Positions 30,330 to 40,388 are shown, counted from the stretch's first letter. The stretch is DNA of 64,000 nucleotides from an uncultured Candidatus Saccharibacteria bacterium (GCA_964562505.1 CAZLTB010000001.1:2024-66023), one strand, 5' to 3'. The notes: generated from the sequence alone by a model not told the origin. A program made the numbers and translations.

Positions 30330-31421
30330 ATGGATGAATTACTTAAACTTGTTACAAAACTCCGGTCAGAGATTTCGAAGGCCATAGATCGTCTTGATAT
30401 CAAGAATCTTGAGTCCCAGCTAGCTAAACTTCAATCTACATCTCACTCAAATGATTTTTGGGCTGACAATATCCACGCCCAAGAGACAATGAAAAATATA
30501 GCTCGGCTCGAAAATCGGATCCAGCCATGGAATGAGATTAGCAAAACCGTCGATGATCTAGTAGAAATGACAAAACTCGGCGACGAGAGTCTTCGTAAAG
30601 ATTTAGAGTTGCAACTTCAAAAGACCCAAGAAGAGTTTGCCAAGCTAAAGACTGAACTGAAATTTAGTGGCAAGTTTGACGAAAATAACTCCATAGTTAA
30701 CATATATGCAGGAGCCGGAGGAACCGATGCTCAAGATTGGACACAAATTTTGTTCAGGATGTATGTCAGGTGGGCTGAGAATCACGGATTGAAAACAAAA
30801 ATTGTAGATGAATCAAGTGGCGATGAAGCTGGAATTAAGAGTGTCACATTTGAAGTTGAGGGCGACTTTGCCTACGGTAAATTAAAAGGCGAGCATGGAG
30901 TGCATCGACTGGTACGTTTAAGCCCATTCAATGCTGATAATTTGCGCCAAACCAGTTTTGCCAAAGTTGAAATTTTACCAGAAATTGATAAGCCAGATTC
31001 AGTAATAATTGATGACAAAGATCTAAAAATTGATGTTTTTCGCAGTGGTGGACACGGTGGGCAGAGCGTTAATACTACCGACTCGGCTGTTCGTGTAACT
31101 CATATTCCCACTGGAATTGTAGTGACTATCCAGAACGAACGCTCACAGCTCCAGAACAAAGAAACCGCTATGACCATTTTGCGTTCCAAGTTGGCCCGGC
31201 TTCAAATGGAGCAACATGCCGAAAAAATTTCCGAGCTTAAAGGTCCTAGTGAACAGGCGGCTTGGGGGAACCAAATTCGTAGCTACGTACTCCATCCATA
31301 CAAGCAAGTTAAGGATCTACGGACGAAATACGAGACTAGTGACATTGACGGTACTCTCAATGGCAATCTAGATCCTTTAATTGATGCCTATTTGGATCTT
31401 AATCTGGGAGAGCATAACTAA
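30330..31421 (+). CDS. prfB: Peptide chain release factor 2, single uninterrupted frame
   Basis: SPF motif, GGQ, WGNQIRSY; start at ATG 30330. Confidence 0.97.
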   Translation: MDELLKLVTKLRSEISKAIDRLDIKNLESQLAKLQSTSHSNDFWADNIHAQETMKNIARLENRIQPWNEISKTVDDLVEMTKLGDESLRKDLELQLQKTQEEFAKLKTELKFSGKFDENNSIVNIYAGAGGTDAQDWTQILFRMYVRWAENHGLKTKIVDESSGDEAGIKSVTFEVEGDFAYGKLKGEHGVHRLVRLSPFNADNLRQTSFAKVEILPEIDKPDSVIIDDKDLKIDVFRSGGHGGQSVNTTDSAVRVTHIPTGIVVTIQNERSQLQNKETAMTILRSKLARLQMEQHAEKISELKGPSEQAAWGNQIRSYVLHPYKQVKDLRTKYETSDIDGTLNGNLDPLIDAYLDLNLGEHN

Positions 31422-31440
31422 TTTGCTATAATAAGCAGAC

Positions 31441-32136
31441 ATGATCCTATTGGATAGGGTAACAAAAGTATATAACCGTAGCGCCACAGCATTAGACCGA
31501 GTGTCATTGCATGTCGAGCCTAAGGAATTCGTGATAATTATCGGTACCAGTGGTGCTGGTAAGAGCACGCTACTAAAGCTATTGACGCGTGAAGAGCGAC
31601 AAACCAGCGGCAAAATAGTCGTTGGAGGCCTTGATTACGACAAATTGAAAGACAAAGACATTCCTTTGCTGCGCCGCAAAATTGGTGTAGTTTTCCAGGA
31701 TTTTAAGCTATTGCCTAATAGAAACGTGTTTGAGAACGTGGCCTTTGCATTGGAAATAGTTGGCTATGGCAATCGCGAAATAAACCATACTATTCCACGA
31801 GTGCTAGATATTGTTGGGCTCAAAGGTAAGGAAAAGCGAATGCCACTTGAACTATCGGGCGGTGAACGTCAGCGAGTCGCAATTGCTCGGGCAATTGTGC
31901 GTCAACCGAAGATATTGATTGCAGATGAACCAACGGGTAACCTGGATCCTAAACACGCCTGGGAAGTAATTAAAATTCTCGAAAAAATTAACCGCTACGG
32001 AACAACAGTATTACTAACCACTCACAATCAAGATATTGTAAATAAGCTAAAAAGGCGTGTCATAACCCTAAAAGACGGACGAGTCGTTAGTGACAGGGCC
32101 AATGCAGAATATAATCATGAAGGGTTAAAGCGTTGA
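31441..32136 (+). CDS. ftsE: Cell division ATP-binding protein FtsE
   Basis: GTSGAGKST, VFQDFKLL, LSGGERQR, ADEPTGNLD; upstream of ftsX. Confidence 0.96.
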   Translation: MILLDRVTKVYNRSATALDRVSLHVEPKEFVIIIGTSGAGKSTLLKLLTREERQTSGKIVVGGLDYDKLKDKDIPLLRRKIGVVFQDFKLLPNRNVFENVAFALEIVGYGNREINHTIPRVLDIVGLKGKEKRMPLELSGGERQRVAIARAIVRQPKILIADEPTGNLDPKHAWEVIKILEKINRYGTTVLLTTHNQDIVNKLKRRVITLKDGRVVSDRANAEYNHEGLKR

Positions 32137-33077
32137 GTCACTGGTTTCACACACAGGGACGGATCATACGTGCAGGACTACAGAACTTTGTACGTAACGC
32201 CACTCTTGCCATTGCAGCCATGGCCGTTATGGTCATTACTCTAACGATTGTGCTATTTTCAATCATTGCTAATGCCACTTTTGCAAATACTATCAAACAA
32301 ATAACCGACAAAATTGATGTATCTGTTTATCTGAAGGATGAAGTCACTACAGCGCAAAAAGATAAGTTAATAAACGACATCAAAAAAATCGATAACGTGA
32401 GGGAAGTAAACTACTTATCTAAAGATCAGGCTCTAGAAAAATACAAACAACAAAATCAAGGTAATCTTGACCTTTTGTTAGCTATTTCTCAAACAGACAA
32501 TCCTCTGCCAGCTTCACTTCAAATAAAGCCCAAAGACACCAATAAAATCCAAGAGATTAAAAACTATCTGGAAAAGTCTGAAGTAAAGGCTTTGCAATCT
32601 GACCAGCCCTCCTATTCGGGAGATCGTAAAGAGGCTATTGATAAGATTGCTAAGGCGACCAAATTTTTCAGGGAAGCTGGAGTGGCTGGCGTCATTGTCT
32701 TTGCTGCCGTATCAATGTTAATTATATTTAATACAATTCGCATGGCGATTTTTAACCGTCGTGATGAGCTGACAATAATGCGCCTGCTTGGCGCAAGTAC
32801 TTGGTTTATTAGGGGCCCCTTTGTAGTCGAAACTGTGCTCTATGGGGTCGTATCAGCAATTATTTCAGTTACCTTAGTCAATATATTGTTTTCGGTTTCA
32901 GCAGCTGCATTTGATGCCAGCAGCTTAGGATTACTTGATATAAAGTACGCCAACGACTATCTTGGAAACCACTTTTGGTTAATTTTGCTGACACAGCTGT
33001 TAATTGGTATACTTATTGGTGCCGTTTCGTCCGTAGTTGCCACACGGCGGTATCTCAAATTCAAGACTAGCAAATAA
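32133..33077 (+). CDS. ftsX: Cell division permease FtsX
   Basis: NPLPAS, NTIRMAIFNRRDELTIMRLLGA, FIRGPF; 4 TMs. Confidence 0.95.
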   Translation: MSHWFHTQGRIIRAGLQNFVRNATLAIAAMAVMVITLTIVLFSIIANATFANTIKQITDKIDVSVYLKDEVTTAQKDKLINDIKKIDNVREVNYLSKDQALEKYKQQNQGNLDLLLAISQTDNPLPASLQIKPKDTNKIQEIKNYLEKSEVKALQSDQPSYSGDRKEAIDKIAKATKFFREAGVAGVIVFAAVSMLIIFNTIRMAIFNRRDELTIMRLLGASTWFIRGPFVVETVLYGVVSAIISVTLVNILFSVSAAAFDASSLGLLDIKYANDYLGNHFWLILLTQLLIGILIGAVSSVVATRRYLKFKTSK

Positions 33078-33261
33078 ACATTTATCCATAATCAAAAGGA
33101 GGGGATTTTGGGCTTATTTAGGTAAGCTCGTTTTTTGACCTTACAGACGGCTAGCACACAAGATAAATGCTTTAGCCACAGCAATGAATAGTAAACTTAA
33201 GCGGATTGCAAAGACTTGCAGAGTATGTTATGATTCTAGGGACTTATAAGGTCAAACAAAA

Positions 33262-34374
33262 ATGAAATCAAAAAAAATCAGTCTGAAGGTGCTTCTACCT
33301 GTATTGGCTCTGGTCGTAGTTATGACCGGCGGCCTTATATTGACGCCACTGGCGAGGGCTGACCAATACGATGAACAGATAAGAGCGATTAATAATGATA
33401 CAAGTGTCAAAAGAGGCGCCAAAGCACAACTTGGTGCAGAGGCTGCTTCTCTCACTGACGTTATCAACAAATTGCAAGCCCAGATTAATGATCTGCAGGC
33501 TAAAATAAATGACAACCAAGCTAAAAACGTTGAGTTACAAAAACAAATAACTGCAGCAGAGGAAGAATTAGCTAGACAGAAGAAATTATTGGGTGAAGAC
33601 ATCAAGGCTATGTACCTCGAAGGGCAAATCAGCACCCTTGAAATGCTGGCGTCAAGCAAGGACCTGAGCGATTTTGTTGATAAACAACAGTACCGTAACA
33701 GTGTCAAAGATAAGATCAAAGCAGCATTAGATAGAGTCACAGCCTTAAAAGCTCAGCTAAAACAACAGAAAGAAACGCTAGAGAAATTGATTGCCGACCA
33801 ACAGGCTATGCAGCAGCAAATTGCTGCTCAACAGGGGGAACAGAACCGCTTACTCGGGCTTAATGAGGCTCAGCAAAACGACCTGAATAATCAGATTAAA
33901 GCCAATAATTCTCAAGTATCAGCACTGCGTAGACAACAGGCTATTGAAAATGCCAGCTTGTTCGGCGGCAATGTTCCTAGGGGCATACCTGGCGGTGGCG
34001 GCTATCCCGGTGCATGGGCGTTCGCCCCAATGGATTCGATTGTTGACAGCTGGGGAATGTATAACCGCGAATGTGTTAGTTTCACGGCTTGGAAGGTATG
34101 GGACTCAGGGCGCTACATGCCTTACTGGGGTGGTGTAGGCAACGCCAATCAATGGGACGAAGATGCGCGTGCAGCTGGTATTCCGGTAGATGGGAATCCG
34201 CGTGAAGGCGATGTGGCTATTAGTAATCGTGGCGCCTATGGCCATGCTATGTACGTGGAACATGTTTACGGTGACGGCACTATTTATATAAGCCAATATA
34301 ATGCTGCCCTTGATGGTTACTACAGTGAAGCCAGGATCAACATCGGTAGTCTCGTCTTCATTCATTTTCCATAG
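33262..34374 (+). CDS. PcsB/CwlO-like coiled-coil plus CHAP peptidoglycan hydrolase
   Basis: Signal peptide, long coiled coil, CHAP motifs RECVSF (Cys), YGHAMYVE (His) and SQYN; follows ftsEX. Confidence 0.92.
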   Translation: MKSKKISLKVLLPVLALVVVMTGGLILTPLARADQYDEQIRAINNDTSVKRGAKAQLGAEAASLTDVINKLQAQINDLQAKINDNQAKNVELQKQITAAEEELARQKKLLGEDIKAMYLEGQISTLEMLASSKDLSDFVDKQQYRNSVKDKIKAALDRVTALKAQLKQQKETLEKLIADQQAMQQQIAAQQGEQNRLLGLNEAQQNDLNNQIKANNSQVSALRRQQAIENASLFGGNVPRGIPGGGGYPGAWAFAPMDSIVDSWGMYNRECVSFTAWKVWDSGRYMPYWGGVGNANQWDEDARAAGIPVDGNPREGDVAISNRGAYGHAMYVEHVYGDGTIYISQYNAALDGYYSEARINIGSLVFIHFP

Positions 34375-34445
34375 TCACTAGTCTTATATAAGAACTCGGG
34401 GCGGATTAGTTTATAATGAATTAGTCTGAAAAAGTTGTCAGGTAA

Positions 34446-35687
34446 TTGGAGGTACTGGTGGAAATACCGAAAGAGGCTGTTCCCGAAAAACGCAAACTGA
34501 ATATCAAGAGAGTTATCGCCGGAATAATTGTAGGCGTTTTTATATTTTGGCTCGGAGTTGGAGTTGGCAACGGCAGAATTATGCTTGGACCCGACGCTGT
34601 TTTTCATAGAAGCGTACAAAAGGGAAAATTGCCAGCAAATCTTGACTATAGCAGTGTAGAAAAAGTATACGACGCTCTAAAAAAAGACTACGATGGCCAA
34701 CTTGACGTAAATAAACTACTCGATGGTCTTAAGCAGGGTCTAGCCAATGCCTCGGGCGATAACTACACAGAATACTTAAATGCTGATGCCGCTAAACAAT
34801 TCAATAGCGAACTTAACGGTACCTTTAGTGGTATAGGTGCCGAACTCAGCAAGGATCAGTCAAATAATATAGTAATAGTGGCTCCTATTGCTGGTTATCC
34901 GGCGGAGAAAGCAGGACTAAAGCCCAAAGACATTATTGTTGAAGTTAATGGAGCAAGTATCTCTGACCTTACGGTTACCGAAGTCGTCAATAAAATACGT
35001 GGACCTGAAGGTACAAAGGTCAAATTAAAAGTAATTCGTAATAACTCCCAGCAGCTGGAGTTTGAAATTACGCGCCAGCAGATTACCGTTCCAAGCGTAG
35101 ATTCTCAGATCTTAAATGGTAACATCGGCTATATCAAGATAAGTCGGTTTGCTGATGATACTTCTAGCTTAGCCCAACAAGCGGCAATAAAGTTTAAACA
35201 AGCCAATGTTAAAGGAGTAATTTTAGACCTCAGAAGTGATCCGGGAGGCCTACTGGATGCTGCGGTGGATGTCTCTAGCTTGTGGTTACCTAAGGGTAAA
35301 ACTGTCTTGCAGGAGCGACGTGGCGGAACTACGATTCGCACCTATACTTCAAGTGGCTTAGCTACACTCCAAAATATACCAACTGTTGCGCTTATTAACG
35401 AAGGTAGCGCCAGTGCCAGTGAAATTACTGCCGGAGCTCTTAAAGATAACGGTGCGGCCACTTTAATAGGAGTAAAAAGCTTTGGTAAGGGTTCGGTTCA
35501 GCAGCTGGAAAAATTGCCGGACGGCGGTGTGCTTAAGGTGACCATAGCTCGCTGGTTTACGCCTGGTGGCAAAAATATAGATAAAGAAGGCATATCTCCT
35601 GACCAAGAAGTCAAGCGTAGTGACGATGACTTCAAGAATAACCGCGATCCACAAAAAGATAAGGCCATTGAGCAGCTAAAGAACTAG
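34446..35687 (+). CDS. ctpA: S41 carboxyl-terminal processing protease with PDZ domain
   Basis: GIGAEL, LDLRSDPGG, SASASEI, FGKGSVQ. Confidence 0.94.
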   Translation: MEVLVEIPKEAVPEKRKLNIKRVIAGIIVGVFIFWLGVGVGNGRIMLGPDAVFHRSVQKGKLPANLDYSSVEKVYDALKKDYDGQLDVNKLLDGLKQGLANASGDNYTEYLNADAAKQFNSELNGTFSGIGAELSKDQSNNIVIVAPIAGYPAEKAGLKPKDIIVEVNGASISDLTVTEVVNKIRGPEGTKVKLKVIRNNSQQLEFEITRQQITVPSVDSQILNGNIGYIKISRFADDTSSLAQQAAIKFKQANVKGVILDLRSDPGGLLDAAVDVSSLWLPKGKTVLQERRGGTTIRTYTSSGLATLQNIPTVALINEGSASASEITAGALKDNGAATLIGVKSFGKGSVQQLEKLPDGGVLKVTIARWFTPGGKNIDKEGISPDQEVKRSDDDFKNNRDPQKDKAIEQLKN

Positions 35688-35697
35688 AGTTTGGGCA

Positions 35698-35736
35698 TTG
35701 ACTTTTTAACAAATTTAGCATATAATATGCTAAATT
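35698..35736 (+). promoter_or_regulatory. Consensus sigma70 promoter overlapped by an 11-bp inverted repeat
   Basis: TTGACT(35698)-17 nt-TATAAT(35721); AATTTAGCATA-TAA-TATGCTAAATT at 35712..35736. Confidence 0.75.
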
Positions 35737-36291
35737 ATGTCAGATTCTCATGATAAGCATTAATCAAGTTCATCTGTGGCTGGTTTTCAGCACGAATCCC
35801 CGGAGTTAACCGGGGAGCTCAACGAACTCGAGACCTATGTCCAAGAGGCCCTCGCCTTTGGAAGGGAACAAGCTAAGGATTTGTATGTCCTGTTTGCGAC
35901 AATAATGCCTGAAGTTAAAGACAAATTAGCAAGATTTCACGAAACCGGCGAAGACCAATTATTAACTGTTACCGATGTGTCATCTGGCCTGTCGCCAATG
36001 GACGCTAAACTTTTAGATAAAATCTATAAAGAAGCTGGTTGTGAATTGGTTGACTTTACGACTAGCGAGGAACAAGAAGTCCCTCAAATGCCATTATCTA
36101 AAGATATACAACAAAATCTAGGATTTGTTGAACCCTATATTGCTGGCCGTGTCTGCGATGGACCTATGAAGAGGGGTGGTGCGCTATATAGAATTGACTA
36201 CCAGGGAACTGAACACGATGAAGATGGTACAGAAAGGCAAGTTAGAAAAGTTGTGTTACTGACCTCTAACTACGAACTTCCTCCTCAATAA
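35737..36291 (+). pseudogene. Orphan acidic protein; probable start ATG 35737 followed by an in-frame TAA at codon 9 (or intact from GTG 35776)
   Basis: ATG 35737 is in frame with ORF 35776..36291 and reads MSDSHDKH*SSSSVAGFQ; TAA at 35761..35763. Confidence 0.55.
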
Positions 36292-36370
36292 GATAAATAC
36301 ATAAATTAATTTTTTTCACTTGGTATTTGTGGTAGTATCAACTGAGTAATAAGGCTGGAGCGTGTGAGGA

Positions 36371-37984
36371 GTGGCAAAACGACCGACTAAGTTTGTATTT
36401 GTTACTGGTGGTGTGCTTTCTGGACTAGGAAAGGGTATCACAGCCGCTTCAATCGGCAACATCTTAAAAGCTCGTGGCCTAAAAGTAAACATCCAAAAAT
36501 GCGACCCTTATTTGAACGTTGATGCCGGTACTCTTAATCCAAGGGAACATGGCGAATGTTTTGTCACCAAAGATGGGGCTGAAACAGACCTAGACCTCGG
36601 TCATTACGAAAGATTTTTGGACGAAGAGCTTACTCAAGCCAGCTCATTGATGGCCGGTAGAGTGCTCCTTAAGGTCATTCAGGACGAAAGGGCTGGTAAA
36701 TATTCAGGCGAAGATGTTCAGATCATTCCTCATCTGACTGCTGCCATTCAGGACTATATTAATACGGCCGGGGAAGGCTTCGATGTTCATATTGTTGAAA
36801 TCGGCGGTACAGTTGGTGACTACGAATCCTTAAGTTTTATTGAGGCCATTAGGGAATTTGGTCTAAGGGTTGGAAAAGAAAATTGTCTGTATGTCCATGT
36901 CGTTTATATGCCATATCTGGGCGCCAGCCAGGAGTTTAAGACTAAGCCTGCGCAGAATTCAGTTAGGGAATTAAGGGGTCTTGGCGTATCGCCGGATATA
37001 CTTGTTGCTCGTAGTGAAAAGCCTGCACCCAATAACGTAAAGGGTAAGCTTAGTCTCTTTTGCGGGGTTAGCACAGAAGCAATTGCGTTATTACCAAATG
37101 CATCAAGTATTTATGAAGTACCGTTGACGCTCGAAGATACTGGAATCGCCGATGTTATTGCAGGACAACTACACCTAAAAGTTTCTAAACCGGACTTGAA
37201 GGACTGGAGAAGTGTAGTAAAGCAGGCGACATCACCTCACAAACATAATATTACGGTAGGTGTGGTTGCTAAGTATTTGGACAATCAAGATACGTATATG
37301 AGTGTGTTTGAGGCGTTACGTTCAGCAGCCTGGTGGAACGACGCAAATATAGCAATTCGCTGGATAGAAGCCGAAGGTCTTGAAAGCAAGGACTCTAAAA
37401 TATCTAAAGAACTCGAAGACTGTGATGGCATAGTTGTACCGGGCGGCTTCGGAACGCGTGGATTAGAAGGTAAAATCGCAGCAGCCCGATTTGCATTAGC
37501 CAATGATCTGCCCTATCTAGGTTTATGTCTAGGTCTTCAGATGGGAGTAATTGCCGCGGCCAGAAATGCTGGGCTTAGTAAGGCCACATCGGGAGAACTG
37601 GATCCCGACAGTTCATATAAAGTGATCGATACAATGGCCGATCAGCGCGGTAAGGAAAATACCGGTGGTACAATGCGACTAGGTGACTACGACTGTAAGT
37701 TACAAAAAGGGAGTTTAGCGGCTCAGCTCTATAAAAGTACCAATATTGTGGAGCGGCACCGTCACCGTTATGAGTGTAGTAATGCATATAGAGAACAATA
37801 TGAGGCATGGGGTATCAGGCCAGTTGGTATAAATCCAGAGAATGATTTAGTCGAAATCATCGAAGGCATCAACCATCCATTTTTCTTAGCAAGTCAATTT
37901 CACCCAGAGTTTAAATCGAGGCCCAACCGGGCACACCCCATGTTTGCCGGTTTCGTAAAAGCTTGCTTGAAAAAAAATACTTAA
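36371..37984 (+). CDS. pyrG: CTP synthase
   Basis: VTGGVLSGLGKG, DLDLGHYERF, GLCLGLQ, HRHRYE, QFHPEF. Confidence 0.98.
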   Translation: MAKRPTKFVFVTGGVLSGLGKGITAASIGNILKARGLKVNIQKCDPYLNVDAGTLNPREHGECFVTKDGAETDLDLGHYERFLDEELTQASSLMAGRVLLKVIQDERAGKYSGEDVQIIPHLTAAIQDYINTAGEGFDVHIVEIGGTVGDYESLSFIEAIREFGLRVGKENCLYVHVVYMPYLGASQEFKTKPAQNSVRELRGLGVSPDILVARSEKPAPNNVKGKLSLFCGVSTEAIALLPNASSIYEVPLTLEDTGIADVIAGQLHLKVSKPDLKDWRSVVKQATSPHKHNITVGVVAKYLDNQDTYMSVFEALRSAAWWNDANIAIRWIEAEGLESKDSKISKELEDCDGIVVPGGFGTRGLEGKIAAARFALANDLPYLGLCLGLQMGVIAAARNAGLSKATSGELDPDSSYKVIDTMADQRGKENTGGTMRLGDYDCKLQKGSLAAQLYKSTNIVERHRHRYECSNAYREQYEAWGIRPVGINPENDLVEIIEGINHPFFLASQFHPEFKSRPNRAHPMFAGFVKACLKKNT

Positions 37985-37993
37985 AAAGGTAGC

Positions 37994-38425
37994 ATGAGCT
38001 TTATGGATCCCCAGAATCAAACCCCGCAGCCTCAAGCACCACAGCCCGGCAATCATCCTAAGAAAATACTTTTAGTTGAAGACGACGATGCTCTGGCCAG
38101 TGTCTATAAAACTCGTCTGGAAGCTGAAGGTTTTAATACCAAAAGGGTGCCAAACGGAGAAGATGCTTTAGCGGCGGCCATTGAATATAAGCCCGATTTG
38201 ATACTACTGGACGTTATGATGCCCAAAGTTAGTGGCTTTGACGTGCTTGATATTTTGCGCAATACTCCTGAAACTACCAATGTAAAAGTGATTATGCTAA
38301 CGGCCCTGAGCCAGGATGCTGACAAACAGCGTGCGACTAGTTTAGGTGTCGATGATTATCTGGTTAAATCCCAGGTTGTTATTGCCGATGTAGTCGACCA
38401 CATCAAACAACACCTAGGCATCTAA
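37994..38425 (+). CDS. Single-domain response regulator receiver (canonical residues intact)
   Basis: LVEDD, LLDVMMP (phospho-Asp), LTA, LVK; Pro/Gln-rich N-terminal extension. Confidence 0.93.
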   Translation: MSFMDPQNQTPQPQAPQPGNHPKKILLVEDDDALASVYKTRLEAEGFNTKRVPNGEDALAAAIEYKPDLILLDVMMPKVSGFDVLDILRNTPETTNVKVIMLTALSQDADKQRATSLGVDDYLVKSQVVIADVVDHIKQHLGI

Positions 38426-38435
38426 CCATAATAGA

Positions 38436-38464
38436 TTGACATATTAGCAAATTTATGCTAATAT
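38436..38464 (+). promoter_or_regulatory. Sigma70-type promoter containing a 9-bp inverted repeat
   Basis: TTGACA(38436)-17 nt-TAATAT(38459); ATATTAGCA-N6-TGCTAATAT at 38441..38464. Confidence 0.7.
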
Positions 38465-38491
38465 TAAGGTGTTAAGTAAAAACACCCAATA

Positions 38492-40102
38492 ATGTCAATA
38501 AGCGAAAAATTTGAAACACGGACACCTAAGTCTGCTGAGGTAGTTGAGCATCAACTCCGCCAGGCCAGTGAGCTTATACCTCTCGAAAGTCAATTACCAA
38601 CTGATGATCCACTGCAAACTGCTCTAAGAACCAGTGGCGTAGAGGGTTATGCTGTAGCCGACATAAATGCTGGCAAGCAAAGGTTTGCAATAATAAATGT
38701 TTGCAAAGCTAGAAATTCATACTCGTCTGAGTGGTATGAACCATTCACGGATTCTCAGGTTGTAAAACCTAATACTCCTCACAGATTTCAGCTTGCTGAG
38801 GAATCTCCTTTCTTATTAGTTCATTTCGATAAGTCAGGTCACATAGTCGGACGTGCGCTTAGACCTAATGAACCAGTTTTGGTTGGCAGGGAAGCCGATG
38901 AAATAGATCCTAAAAGTGCGCGCTTTGGGTATAAAGACGATACTCATTTATCGAGAAAGCACTTTAAAATCACTATCGACCCAAATGAAGGAATCAAAGT
39001 TATAGATAATAACTCAACAAACGGTACCAAAGTGCGGTATACAGGCAAAGGTGCACTAAAATACGAAACTACTCCAAACTATCCAGCAATCGAAAAACCG
39101 GTCGAAAAGGAAGATAGAGTTCTAAACGCACCTCTGACCAGTGAAGTTTTACTTATACCCGAGCTATTTCCTAAACAAGAATTCAAGATTGGAGACCGCG
39201 CTTTCCATATGAGCGATATTATAAGGGGTACTCGTGATCGTGACTACGCAGTACTTTATACCACTGTTGATCTGAATGGGCAAAAATTGGCAGTGCCAAG
39301 GCTGCTTTATAAGTCAAACTCGGACGGGGGATGGCGCGTGGCATATGGGGTCGAGTCCAGCGGAAGACTCATCAAAGAGTCTCATCCCCATAAGTTTGCG
39401 CACTATACACAGGAAACCAAGTTACATTCCATTATTTTAGATAAGCTAGAAGGCGCCGATAAAGTTGAAGATAAATCGGGAGTATCCACAGAGAAGCTGC
39501 TAAAAGCTTTTTCCAATATTAGTGAGAGTCGTAATGAGGTAAATACTGCTCCAGAAGAAATTTCTTATTACACTGGCAGTGAAATTGACAAACTAATGAT
39601 GCCAATTCGGAAATTTTCCGCTGGCCAGTTTAAAGAACAGGACCTTCATAGAATTCAAAAAATGGGTTTTAGTAATTTTAGCGAATACATTGATTACTTA
39701 GACGAAGTATTTGAGTCCATGCCAGGTTTTGTGCCTGACTTTTCTGGACTTCCAGAAAAGATTGTGAGCAGGGAACATACATTATTAGGTGAAGTAACCA
39801 TAGAGGATTACCACGCCGTTTTTGATAACAAGCCAATAATTTGGTCCATGGCGCGGGATAAGAATGGCAGGGTATGGGTCGAAAATGTTCGTTTTGCTAA
39901 TGCTAAGGTCACATCCTATGGAACTTTTTCGCCAGTTTTAGATGCAGGAATTATTACTAACAAGCCTATTGAATATACTAGCGGTACAAGCGGATTAAGA
40001 GCAGACAAAGAACAGAAGGATTTTAACGGCAGATATGCTGACATAACTCCTTTATTAAGCAAGCTGTTACCAATAAAACAATACAAGAAGCGCTTTATTT
40101 AA
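38492..40102 (+). CDS. FHA-domain protein with an unknown C-terminal domain
   Basis: FHA motifs LVGR, LSRKH and DNNSTNGT; no TM or signal peptide evident. Confidence 0.85.
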   Translation: MSISEKFETRTPKSAEVVEHQLRQASELIPLESQLPTDDPLQTALRTSGVEGYAVADINAGKQRFAIINVCKARNSYSSEWYEPFTDSQVVKPNTPHRFQLAEESPFLLVHFDKSGHIVGRALRPNEPVLVGREADEIDPKSARFGYKDDTHLSRKHFKITIDPNEGIKVIDNNSTNGTKVRYTGKGALKYETTPNYPAIEKPVEKEDRVLNAPLTSEVLLIPELFPKQEFKIGDRAFHMSDIIRGTRDRDYAVLYTTVDLNGQKLAVPRLLYKSNSDGGWRVAYGVESSGRLIKESHPHKFAHYTQETKLHSIILDKLEGADKVEDKSGVSTEKLLKAFSNISESRNEVNTAPEEISYYTGSEIDKLMMPIRKFSAGQFKEQDLHRIQKMGFSNFSEYIDYLDEVFESMPGFVPDFSGLPEKIVSREHTLLGEVTIEDYHAVFDNKPIIWSMARDKNGRVWVENVRFANAKVTSYGTFSPVLDAGIITNKPIEYTSGTSGLRADKEQKDFNGRYADITPLLSKLLPIKQYKKRFI

Positions 40103-40115
40103 TAAATAATTTGGG

Positions 40116-40388
40116 TTATTCGACAATAACTTCGGTCCGAGAAACAGTTTTGCCACTGAAGAGGCGGACTTTGCGCTGTTTGTAGTTTACTATCCCATCT
40201 TTAGAAGCATGAATTGTGAAGTTTCTACTCTCAAATGTACCTTTGCCGGCACGTTTGCTTGAACCGTTTTGACGAACGATAAGCTGGCCAGTTTTAACTT
40301 TCTGGCCACCAAATAACTTAACACCAAGGCGTTGACCTGGGCTGTCATGGTTATTCTTGCTTGTTCCACCAGCTTTAACGTGTGACAT
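40116..40388 (-). CDS. rpmA: 50S ribosomal protein L27
   Basis: MSHVKAGGTSKNNHDSPGQRLGVK...IVRQ. Confidence 0.97.
   Translation of the reverse strand: MSHVKAGGTSKNNHDSPGQRLGVKLFGGQKVKTGQLIVRQNGSSKRAGKGTFESRNFTIHASKDGIVNYKQRKVRLFSGKTVSRTEVIVE

Noticed and set aside
31027-31095. Identical 22-aa GGQ segment in RF1 and RF2 as gene conversion
   Set aside because: Synonymous positions differ extensively between the two genes, which indicates protein-level constraint.
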